IMG/VR virus record: IMGVR_UViG_3300044568_001191
Coordinates: 1-39,413 of that record
DNA: 39,413 bases
Strand: one strand, 5' to 3'
Origin: a virus
Taxonomy: Duplodnaviria > Caudoviricetes
Under the pieces are notes generated by a model. That model saw only the letters and a list, made by a program, of their open reading frames with translations, did no database searches and was not told the DNA's origin. Positions 32,544 to 39,413 of the stretch are shown piece after piece (the first letter of the stretch is position 1; each line of letters starts with the position of its first letter). Made by a program: the position numbers and the translations under genes.

Positions 32544-33452
32544 TTAAGCTTCGTCGCAAGCGATCTCGACGACCTTCTTCTCTTCCATGCGGACAGCGGC
32601 GAGGCTGGCCACGGAGCGGATTTGAAGGGAGTGCGAGAGGTCCGTGCGGACGTCCATGTGAGTCTTCAGTCCACGCTCGGCCAAGATCACGCCCGACTTG
32701 ACGTAGGCGTAGCAGGAACGAACGGTGGTTGTTTTTGGCAGGAGTTGGCTGCGGCGGAATTTGAATCCCATGAAGGTATTCAAAGCCCCGTCCACCAAAG
32801 CGCGAACGCTGTTGTAGTCTTGGCTTGTGACTTCAATCGTGCGGAGCAGGTCTTGAAGTTGTTTGGCCGAAACCACCATGATGCGCTCCTCTTCCTCGTC
32901 CACTTCGTTAGAATCAAAGAGGAACTTCGCGGCACGGAGCTTGGCGATAGTGAGTCCAAGGTTTACACCCCCGGCTCCGGATTCCACGAATTGAACGCCG
33001 ACCTTCTGGCCTGCTGGCAATACGGTCGGCGTTGTGCCGGTCGTGCCTGTGTAGGCAGTTCCGCCGAGAGCGCCGATGATGATCGAGTCGCAGGTACGAG
33101 CGTATGCTTGAGCGTGCGATTGAATGATCGGGGATGTCGGAAGGACAACCTCACCGAGGAGTTGCTCATCCCACTCGTCTACGAGCTTGGCGCAGTCGTA
33201 TTGTGTGGGGCGAATCCAACGCTTGGCCATTGCTTGATCGGAGATACGGGTGTCCTTAGAACGATCCGTAATTTGCGTCATGCTGGTTGCGTCGATTTGA
33301 TTGTAGGATTTCTCCTTACCTTCGATTGAATCGATGGTGACGTATTCTTTCAGCTTGCTGTTCTTCTGCTGAACGAGGTGTTTCCAGTTACTGTCGAACT
33401 GGGTTGTGAAGTGATTTGGTACGTTCGTGAGAACGCCGTTTAAGTCGGCCAT
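32544..33452 (-). CDS. Major capsid protein
   Basis: 302 aa after the scaffold gene. QQKNSKL, LTIAKLRAAK, SQDYNSVRALVDG..TFMGFKF and AVRMEEKKVVEIAC resemble BPP-1-type capsids. Confidence 0.88.
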   Translation of the reverse strand: MADLNGVLTNVPNHFTTQFDSNWKHLVQQKNSKLKEYVTIDSIEGKEKSYNQIDATSMTQITDRSKDTRISDQAMAKRWIRPTQYDCAKLVDEWDEQLLGEVVLPTSPIIQSHAQAYARTCDSIIIGALGGTAYTGTTGTTPTVLPAGQKVGVQFVESGAGGVNLGLTIAKLRAAKFLFDSNEVDEEEERIMVVSAKQLQDLLRTIEVTSQDYNSVRALVDGALNTFMGFKFRRSQLLPKTTTVRSCYAYVKSGVILAERGLKTHMDVRTDLSHSLQIRSVASLAAVRMEEKKVVEIACDEA

Positions 33453-33630
33453 TTTATTCCTTTTGTTGAGTTGGGTTGGTATCAGTCGAAACTGATGGAT
33501 GTTCTGCTCCCTTCGCTTCCGAGTGTCCCGTATGGGGTCAGCGGCGGCGGGTAATTAGGGAGCAGGCTCAACAAGGAGGTGTCTGCTCTGACGGATTTAC
33601 GTTTCAGCCCGATTGAGTATCAGTCAAAAC
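33453..33630 (-). ncRNA. Structured 5' leader of the capsid gene, bracketed by box copies 6 (33478-33492) and 7 (33616-33630)
   Basis: 9-bp stem 33504-33512/33557-33565, alternative stem 33560-33565/33583-33588, and an ATCAGT-TTCG-ACTGAT tetraloop hairpin. Confidence 0.5.
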
Positions 33631-33645
33631 ATATTTTCAGAAATG

Positions 33646-33716
33646 TTGCGGGGCCGGGAGTCGAACCCGGAACTCAAGGGTATGGGCCTTGCAAGATACC
33701 TTTTCTCCACCCCGCG
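33646..33716 (-). tRNA. tRNA-Met(CAT), initiator-like
   Basis: CGCGGGG TG GAGA AAAGGTA TCTT G CAAGG CCCATAC CCTTG AGTT CCGGG TTCGACT CCCGG CCCCGCA A folds as a full cloverleaf with C1:A72 mismatch and A11-U24. CCA is not encoded. Confidence 0.85.
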
Positions 33717-33722
33717 AAATTG

Positions 33723-34580
33723 TCATCCCTGCTTGAGCAGGCCGGTCACCAGAGTCGCGGCCTCGCGGTCGCCCTCCATGTAACGCTTGTGCCAAGAGTT
33801 GTCGGAGTTGGTCATGATGTCCTTGGCGCGAGCTTGGCCGGTCATGAACTCTGAGCCACTCATCGAGCGTCCGACCTTGTCCTCGCTCATCATTTGAGCC
33901 ATGCGAACGAAGCCACGCACGACTTCGGGGTCTGCGAATCCCTGTGAGTTCGCATTCACGCCCGCGAGCTTGGCCGCCTGCTTGGCGAGTCCGATGTTCT
34001 TGTCAAACTCCCCTCCCCATTCTTTCTTGAGGGTGTTGACCGACTGGACATGCTGCTTCTCAATCTCCGCCTGCATGCCCTGCATTTTGAAGTGCTCCAT
34101 CTTCGCGTGCTCGGTCACTAGCGCCTTCATCGCCGAGGGCGGGATGTTGTGCTTGTGCGCGATCTCTGCGTAGTTTTTGACGTTGTTGTCATCCCATGTC
34201 ATGCCCTCTGGGAGCGCATCGGGAGCGAACTTGTACTCGTCAATGGTATCGGGAACTCCGAGCGAACGACGAAATGCCGCGACCTCTTCGGGTGAGGATT
34301 TCTCATTCGGCACACCGAGTTTTTTTCCGATCAGCGCATTCGCATTCGCGAGCGCCTTGGCCATATCGGGAACGCTCTTGTATTTGCTGAGAGTGTCCTT
34401 GTAGGCGGCGGAATCCTCCGGGAGGTTATTCGCCCACCCATCGGCAAATGTGCCGTCCGGGTTGACGTAGCCTTGGGTTGCGGTTGGTGTCTCCGTTGCG
34501 CTAGGCGCTTCGGCGTTGGTGTCGGCTCCTGTGTCGAGCAAACTCTGCTCGGAGGAGGTGTCGTCGGTGGTGTCTTCCAT
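33723..34580 (-). CDS. Capsid scaffolding protein
   Basis: Acidic N-terminus, RRSLGVPDTIDEY, LKKEWGGEFDKN, MSED. Lies between portal and capsid. Confidence 0.85.
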   Translation of the reverse strand: MEDTTDDTSSEQSLLDTGADTNAEAPSATETPTATQGYVNPDGTFADGWANNLPEDSAAYKDTLSKYKSVPDMAKALANANALIGKKLGVPNEKSSPEEVAAFRRSLGVPDTIDEYKFAPDALPEGMTWDDNNVKNYAEIAHKHNIPPSAMKALVTEHAKMEHFKMQGMQAEIEKQHVQSVNTLKKEWGGEFDKNIGLAKQAAKLAGVNANSQGFADPEVVRGFVRMAQMMSEDKVGRSMSGSEFMTGQARAKDIMTNSDNSWHKRYMEGDREAATLVTGLLKQG

Positions 34581-34586
34581 AAATTA

Positions 34587-34601
34587 GGTATCAGTCAAAA
34601 C
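34587..34601 (-). promoter_or_regulatory. Conserved 15-bp box, copy 8
   Basis: Exact copy, 6 nt before the scaffold ATG. Confidence 0.75.
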
Positions 34602-34605
34602 ACCA

Positions 34606-34767
34606 CTACTCTTCGGGGTGGTAACCGAGATGGGTCTCACGCCCGGCGTAGGTCGTTTTGAATTCCTCTGGGGCGTAGTCGCGAAGCCATTCGACTAGCG
34701 CGATGGTCTTGTCTCCAAGCATCGGGTCCATATCGGGGCGTGGTGGGATGTCTTGTTTCTTGCTCAT
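34606..34767 (-). CDS. Small hypothetical protein (53 aa, not in ORF track)
   Basis: MSKKQDIPPRPDMDPMLGDKTIALVEWLRDYAPEEFKTTYAGRETHLGYHPEE. ATGA overlap with the upstream gene. Confidence 0.65.
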   Translation of the reverse strand: MSKKQDIPPRPDMDPMLGDKTIALVEWLRDYAPEEFKTTYAGRETHLGYHPEE

Positions 34768-35063
34768 TTTTTGATGACTTTGCGTTTGGGAGTTTCGATA
34801 TCGCCATCACCGATGACGGGGCGGCGAAGCATGGTCTCGATGTGGATGAGAACGCCCCGCTGACCATCGCGGAGTGCGGCGACAACAGGGTTGAAATCGT
34901 AGCCGGGGAGGAAGACCTGCGAGTCGGTCGCGAACTGGTGCTTGATGTCAGCGATAACGAGTGCGCCATCCTTTGTATTGAATACGCGGTGGTAGGCGTT
35001 GGTGAGGCGCTGGCGCTCACGCTCGCGCTTGAGGGCGCTGGCTTTGTCTTCGGGGGCCATCAT
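34764..35063 (-). CDS. Bbp19-like head-module protein
   Basis: AYHRVFNTKDGALVIADI...ALRDGQRGVLIHI. Lies just after the portal gene. Confidence 0.7.
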   Translation of the reverse strand: MMAPEDKASALKRERERQRLTNAYHRVFNTKDGALVIADIKHQFATDSQVFLPGYDFNPVVAALRDGQRGVLIHIETMLRRPVIGDGDIETPKRKVIKK

Positions 35064-36721
35064 GCCATACCGGGGATCATTTGAGCGATGGCCGAGTCTT
35101 GCTTGATGCCACCGACCTTGCCGATGGCTGCGGCTTGACGTTCCATCTGCTCGGCCTGCGCTTGAGCTTGTGCGGCCTGCGCTCGTTGGGCGCGGGTTTG
35201 TGCGACCATTTCCTCGTCCATGAGCCAGCGGGCTGGCAGGCCATCATTGCGGGCCATGTCACGGGTGATCTCGTCAAAGTCAAAGTTGTCCAGCATCTCC
35301 GGGCGCAAATTTGCAAATGGCAGGAGCATCTCGCTGGTGCGGATGAAGGCGGCGTTCTCAAGCGACTTGATCGCAAGTGCGATGCGGCTGTTGTAGTTGA
35401 CCTCTGGATCGGGAACCATGCCGGTCTGCTGGAAAGCCTCTGGTGGCGGCGGGAACTTGCCAGCGCGGGCAAGGATCGCGAATATCCGGCGCAGCATGGG
35501 ATTGAATAGCTCGGTTGTGAGACGAGCAAAGGTCGGGGAAAATTGGATGAGCTTTTCGCTCGCACGCTCGGCGACTTCGCGAGCGGTCATCTGCTTCTGT
35601 AGTTGCGCGAACATCTGGAAGAGGTCCACATGGAACGCTTCGTTGATGGCCTTGCGCTTGCTCTCAGCCCGCTCGACGCCGATGTCGTAGCGCCCGCCTG
35701 TTCCCCACTCCTTCGGGGTGGCCTGCGGGTTGTTGGCGTCGAAATACGTCACGCCTCCCGCACGCAGGTCGATGTCGCCATCGAACCCAGCAGGGATGAG
35801 GATGCGCGGGAAGGCGTGAATCTCTGCCAAGCTATCGAGTTGCTTCTCCAAAAAATTGAGTTGCTTGCATTCGGGAAGCGCCGTCCATGAAGGGGAGTAG
35901 CCATAGCACTCGCTGTTCTTCCATTTCAAATAGCGGGTGACGAAGAAAGGTTGCTCATCAAAGCCCGATTTGAGGAAGACGTGCTTGGTCGCCTTCTCGA
36001 CATAGACGCTGCCATAGGGTTTGTTTTCCGCATCCCGCTTGCCATCCTCAATCTCGCCGGGTCCGCGAGGAGATATGAGGTGGATGCAGGTGAATTTCTT
36101 GTTGGAGTTGGGGCGCTCCAAATCCTTCCGCATCGCCTCAGTGAGGTTCTCCACGCCGAACTTGAGCGCGGCTTGCCGAGCCGTGATCTCGTACTCGCGG
36201 GAGAGTGTATCGACATACCCTTCATCGTCCTCGCTGATCGCGAAGCTACCCATGTCGAGCTTGGTAAAATTGAGTGAGTTGTTCTTGCCGCCTTCGACCA
36301 AGATGGCAGCGGTTCCGAAGCATCCTCTGTCCAAATACAATTCGTGAATCTCAGTGTAGAAGTTCGATCTCGAAAGCTCGGCTTGCATGACCTCGGTACA
36401 CCGCTTGAACCATTGCTCAACCTCGTCTTCGGACTCCATCGACTTTGGAGGTTCTAGGCTGAACCACCGGCTTTCGAGCGGGGTCATCCATGAGAGTTGA
36501 CCATTGGCCAAGATCATGTTCGCCCTCACCGCAGTCGCATCAAATAACTGCGACTCATCATCCGTGGATGGCGATGTCGTCTGAGTGAACATCGAAGCTT
36601 TGCGCGGCATCACATATCGCGCGATGTCCTCCCAGAGCGATTCCCAAGTCGCACGCTGATGGACCAACTCAGCATGCCGCTGAATGACCTTGTCTGCGAG
36701 TTCGGGGTTGTTGCCGTTCAT
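35060..36721 (-). CDS. Portal (head-to-tail connector) protein
   Basis: 553 aa with WEDIARYVMP, FDATAVRA, SNFY, YGYSP and MTAREVAER motifs of the T7 gp8/BPP-1 connector family. Confidence 0.92.
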   Translation of the reverse strand: MNGNNPELADKVIQRHAELVHQRATWESLWEDIARYVMPRKASMFTQTTSPSTDDESQLFDATAVRANMILANGQLSWMTPLESRWFSLEPPKSMESEDEVEQWFKRCTEVMQAELSRSNFYTEIHELYLDRGCFGTAAILVEGGKNNSLNFTKLDMGSFAISEDDEGYVDTLSREYEITARQAALKFGVENLTEAMRKDLERPNSNKKFTCIHLISPRGPGEIEDGKRDAENKPYGSVYVEKATKHVFLKSGFDEQPFFVTRYLKWKNSECYGYSPSWTALPECKQLNFLEKQLDSLAEIHAFPRILIPAGFDGDIDLRAGGVTYFDANNPQATPKEWGTGGRYDIGVERAESKRKAINEAFHVDLFQMFAQLQKQMTAREVAERASEKLIQFSPTFARLTTELFNPMLRRIFAILARAGKFPPPPEAFQQTGMVPDPEVNYNSRIALAIKSLENAAFIRTSEMLLPFANLRPEMLDNFDFDEITRDMARNDGLPARWLMDEEMVAQTRAQRAQAAQAQAQAEQMERQAAAIGKVGGIKQDSAIAQMIPGMA

Positions 36722-36723
36722 TT

Positions 36724-36738
36724 GGTATCAGTCAAAAC
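36724..36738 (-). promoter_or_regulatory. Conserved 15-bp box, copy 9
   Basis: Exact copy filling the intergenic gap: TAG-TTTTGACTGATACC-AA-ATG(portal). Confidence 0.75.
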
Positions 36739-37475
36739 TAGCCGAGAGTGGACTGCCTGCTGGGATCATAACCACCCATCTGATTGCTCTCCCCGGCAAG
36801 AATGCTTTTACGCATGCCTTTCTTTCTCATATTAGTTGGCGTTTGATTCGTTCCATCAACGTCTACCTGTGCTCCCGGAGAGGGGCGGTTCGCCTCTTGA
36901 TAGGCTTTCGTTTCTTCGAGTTGTTTATTTTGAGCGGCAATCTGTTCCTGCCTTTGTTTTTCTAAGGCGGCAGCTTGAGAGGCTTGTGCGGCAGCTTGAG
37001 AGGCTTGGGTTGCCTTCATTTCTTCGGATTGTTTAGCTTGAGCGGCATTTTGTGCCGCAATTTGTTCCTCCCTCTTCTTTTCCAATTCGGCAGCTTGAGT
37101 CTCTTGTTGCGCTTTCATGGCTGCGGCTTGTTCTGCGGCTTGTTTTTGTTGACCCTCGTACCTTGCTTGGGCTTCTTGTTGTGACTGAGCTAGTGCGGCA
37201 GCTTGAGAGGCTTGTTGTGCTTGGAATTCTTGTTGCGATTTTTCGTAACTGACTCGTTGATTCTCGGCTGCTACACGTTGCTGTTCCATAGATGCGGCCT
37301 GCAAATCATACTGTTTTTGCCAATTAGCCTTTTGGTCAATAGAATCTTGCTCTGCTTTCTTTTGTGCAGCGGCGGCGGCGGCTTTGTCTGCTTTACTCGG
37401 TCCCTTTGATCCTCCTCCGAACCAAGCTAGGACTGGCGAGAGGATGGGGTTGAGAGTGTGGTCAGTGAGTCGCAT
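36738..37475 (-). CDS. Gln/Ala-rich repeat protein upstream of portal
   Basis: Repeated AASQAAA / LEKxRxEQIAAQN units and C-terminal STLG, typical of pre-portal virion assembly proteins. Start is uncertain. Confidence 0.75.
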   Translation of the reverse strand: MRLTDHTLNPILSPVLAWFGGGSKGPSKADKAAAAAAQKKAEQDSIDQKANWQKQYDLQAASMEQQRVAAENQRVSYEKSQQEFQAQQASQAAALAQSQQEAQARYEGQQKQAAEQAAAMKAQQETQAAELEKKREEQIAAQNAAQAKQSEEMKATQASQAAAQASQAAALEKQRQEQIAAQNKQLEETKAYQEANRPSPGAQVDVDGTNQTPTNMRKKGMRKSILAGESNQMGGYDPSRQSTLG

Positions 37476-37822
37476 CGTGGTTGGATTTTGCTGGTTTCGT
37501 AGATTCGGAGCGGTCGATTTCGACGACTCCATGCGACTAAAGGAAGGGGGTAAGGGGCGAAATGGCAAGGATTATTTTGACTGATACCACAATATATTGT
37601 GATGAGCCAGCAGTTCTGACACAACCTGTGGTATGTGTAGGCGGCATCGCGCCACCGTTCCTGCGGGTCGTGAATGTCCACCGGGCGGGCGAGCATGAAG
37701 AAGTCCTCTGTGTTGATGACGACCCCATTCCATGCGGTGAGTTCAACCTCCTCGGCGAATGATCGCGTCTGCGGGTAGCGCCGGTAGAGGTCGAGGATTT
37801 GGAGTTCGATTTGGCGATTCAT
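37427..37822 (-). CDS. Hypothetical protein
   Basis: 131-aa ORF between terL and the Q-rich gene. Confidence 0.6.
   Translation of the reverse strand: MNRQIELQILDLYRRYPQTRSFAEEVELTAWNGVVINTEDFFMLARPVDIHDPQERWRDAAYTYHRLCQNCWLITIYCGISQNNPCHFAPYPLPLVAWSRRNRPLRIYETSKIQPRCDSLTTLSTPSSRQS
37575..37588 (+). promoter_or_regulatory. Conserved box, copy 10, opposite orientation
   Basis: TTTTGACTGATACC on the plus strand (14 of 15 nt). Confidence 0.45.
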
Positions 37823-37858
37823 TGTATCCCCTCAGATAAGTTACAAATTAGAGGGGAT

Positions 37859-39184
37859 TCACCGCCGGACCTTTCCGAATCCACCCCCTCGGAATCCTGC
37901 CACCACTCTAGTCGCCTCACCTCGCTCGGCCTTCCGTGGGATCGCGCTGCGGTCGATCACCATCCCGCGCTTGATCGCTTGGTGAGAGAGGCTGAACGCA
38001 TCGGAGTAGTGCGATGACCAGTCATGCACCGGCACATCCTTGATGGTCACGCCATCGCGTTCCTCCTTGGCGTGGTAGGCATCGAGCGCCTCTAGTCCCT
38101 CGGCGCATCCGGCCTCATTGATCGAGATGCGAGGGAACGCATCGTTGGCTAAGTTGATGCCATCCCACACGCTGTTCTGTCGCGGTACAGGGCAAACGCC
38201 TGTTAGCCCGCTGCGACCCAGCGCCTCCTGCCAGAGTCCACCGACCTCCGCTGCGGCGTCATGCGGTATGAAGTGCCCTCCGTAGCCATACTGCTTGTCC
38301 TTGAGTCGTGCTGCCCAGTCTGCGGGCGTAGCGCACTCATCGGACCCAGAGAGCGCCTCGATGTAATTGATGCGGTCACCGACCATCTGCCAAATCCACA
38401 CCTTCTGGTTGAGTGGCGCACCCACATCCCAGCTTGTGTAAACCGGCAGTTCCTTGAACCACAGGATGTCGTTGGTCACCCGCTTCTCAGCGCGGGCCTT
38501 TTCGAGTGACCTCACATAGATCGCACCCGGACGTCCCACATTGAAACTGCACTCGTATTCTTGCTGGTAGGCATTCTCGGTCGTGCCTTTTTTAATGTCA
38601 TCGAGTTCAGCGGCAGGAATGATCCCCGACTCGCTGGCTCGTTGCATGAGCGAGAACCACTCGCTGTCCGCGCACGCCCTGTTCCACTGCTTCCAGAAGA
38701 GATTCCTGCCCTTCGGCGTGCCGACCCATGTCGCCCAGCCATTGTAGTCGGTGAGCGTGGGTCGAATGACAGAATCCCATGCCGCTGGGTCAAGGTCGGC
38801 GGCTTCGTCCATAACCACGCCATCCAAATAAATTCCGCGCATGCGCTCGAAAGCTTCGCCAGAGTAGAGTCGGATCGTAGCTTGGTTGTGGAAGGTGATC
38901 GCGAGATCGGCCTTGTTCACCACCACGCCGGGTATCTGCGAGGTGAACTGCACAAGGTATTTCCAAGCGATGTCCTTGGCCTGCTCGCGGGTCGGAGCCA
39001 CATAGGCATACCGGAGCGGTGGCCCGCTGCGCTTATGCTGGAGCGCCTTGACGATGAGGTCTTGAATGCAAACAAACGACTTGCCAGCGCGGCGATGAAG
39101 CACCATCACGGCCCAGCGTTGCGTGCGGTGCAGGTAGCTCGCGAGTTGCGGTCGCGGGACGATGGCGATGTTAATTTTGGCCAC
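37859..39184 (-). CDS. terL: Terminase large subunit
   Basis: HRRAGKS (Walker A), YVAPT, VVMDEA (Walker B), GTPKG, WDVG nuclease motif, HDWSSHYSDAF. Likely GTG start at 39184 overlapping the terS end. Confidence 0.93.
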   Translation of the reverse strand: MAKINIAIVPRPQLASYLHRTQRWAVMVLHRRAGKSFVCIQDLIVKALQHKRSGPPLRYAYVAPTREQAKDIAWKYLVQFTSQIPGVVVNKADLAITFHNQATIRLYSGEAFERMRGIYLDGVVMDEAADLDPAAWDSVIRPTLTDYNGWATWVGTPKGRNLFWKQWNRACADSEWFSLMQRASESGIIPAAELDDIKKGTTENAYQQEYECSFNVGRPGAIYVRSLEKARAEKRVTNDILWFKELPVYTSWDVGAPLNQKVWIWQMVGDRINYIEALSGSDECATPADWAARLKDKQYGYGGHFIPHDAAAEVGGLWQEALGRSGLTGVCPVPRQNSVWDGINLANDAFPRISINEAGCAEGLEALDAYHAKEERDGVTIKDVPVHDWSSHYSDAFSLSHQAIKRGMVIDRSAIPRKAERGEATRVVAGFRGGGFGKVRR

Positions 39185-39413
39185 CGATGGTGAGGTTGAT
39201 TTCCAACGCGCCGACGATATCGAGCTTCTCTGGCTCATTCCATCCCATCGCCTTCGCCAGCATCTCCCCGTACTTCGCGCAGGTTGCCGATTCGGGTGGC
39301 ATTTCCATGAAGCGGTCGCGGAGCGTTTCAAGGTAAGTCTCTCGCTTGTAGGTCATCTTGGATTCCATTTTGGAGCGGAGTTCTTCCACTCTCTTAGTGA
39401 TATCAACATTTTT
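39171..39413 (-). CDS. terS: Terminase small subunit, 3' part
   Basis: In-frame continuation of the ORF starting at 253 across the circular junction. Confidence 0.85.
   Translation of the reverse strand, partial: KNVDITKRVEELRSKMESKMTYKRETYLETLRDRFMEMPPESATCAKYGEMLAKAMGWNEPEKLDIVGALEINLTIGGQN
39287..39413. repeat. Terminal direct repeat, right copy
   Basis: Identical to 1-127. Confidence 0.95.

Noticed and set aside
32514-33329. 271-aa plus-strand ORF, and similar antisense ORFs across the structural region
   Set aside because: These are antisense to well-supported genes in GC-rich DNA and have no independent motifs.
262-37588. 15-bp repeats as a CRISPR array or IS ends
   Set aside because: The copies are dispersed kilobases apart with no regular spacers, and no cas operon or transposase is present.
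39185-39331. N-terminal extension of the terL ORF given in the track
   Set aside because: It overlaps terS in another frame. The GTG at 39184 gives a normal TerL N-terminus.

Overview
The window is a complete, circularly permuted temperate podovirus-type phage genome of about 39,286 bp. Bases 1-127 are repeated exactly at 39287-39413, and the small terminase gene spans that junction. Almost all genes lie on the minus strand. In transcription order they are terS, terL, portal, scaffold, an initiator-like tRNA-Met, major capsid, tail adaptor/nozzle/fibre genes, three ejection (internal virion) proteins including a 2773-aa polyvalent protein, a holin/lipoprotein/CHAP endolysin lysis cassette, attP (3' part of tRNA-Ser-CGA) and a tyrosine integrase. 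A divergent pair of ribbon-helix-helix regulators follows, then an early/replication arm: Xis, RecT-like, Cas4-like nuclease, C5 methylase, initiator with iterons, DnaC-like loader, TGT/DpdA-like, SSB-like and RusA-like. The most unusual features are: (1) a 15-bp box, GTTTTGACTGATACC, present 10 times and usually just upstream of start codons; (2) two enzymes (RusA-like and C5 methylase) whose conserved motifs are divided between two overlapping reading frames; (3) a head-tail adaptor domain present as four tandem copies split 3+1 over two genes; (4) enzyme cassettes in the giant ejection protein bounded by NYSI(G/A) repeats. All functional calls come from motif recognition by eye, with no database searches.
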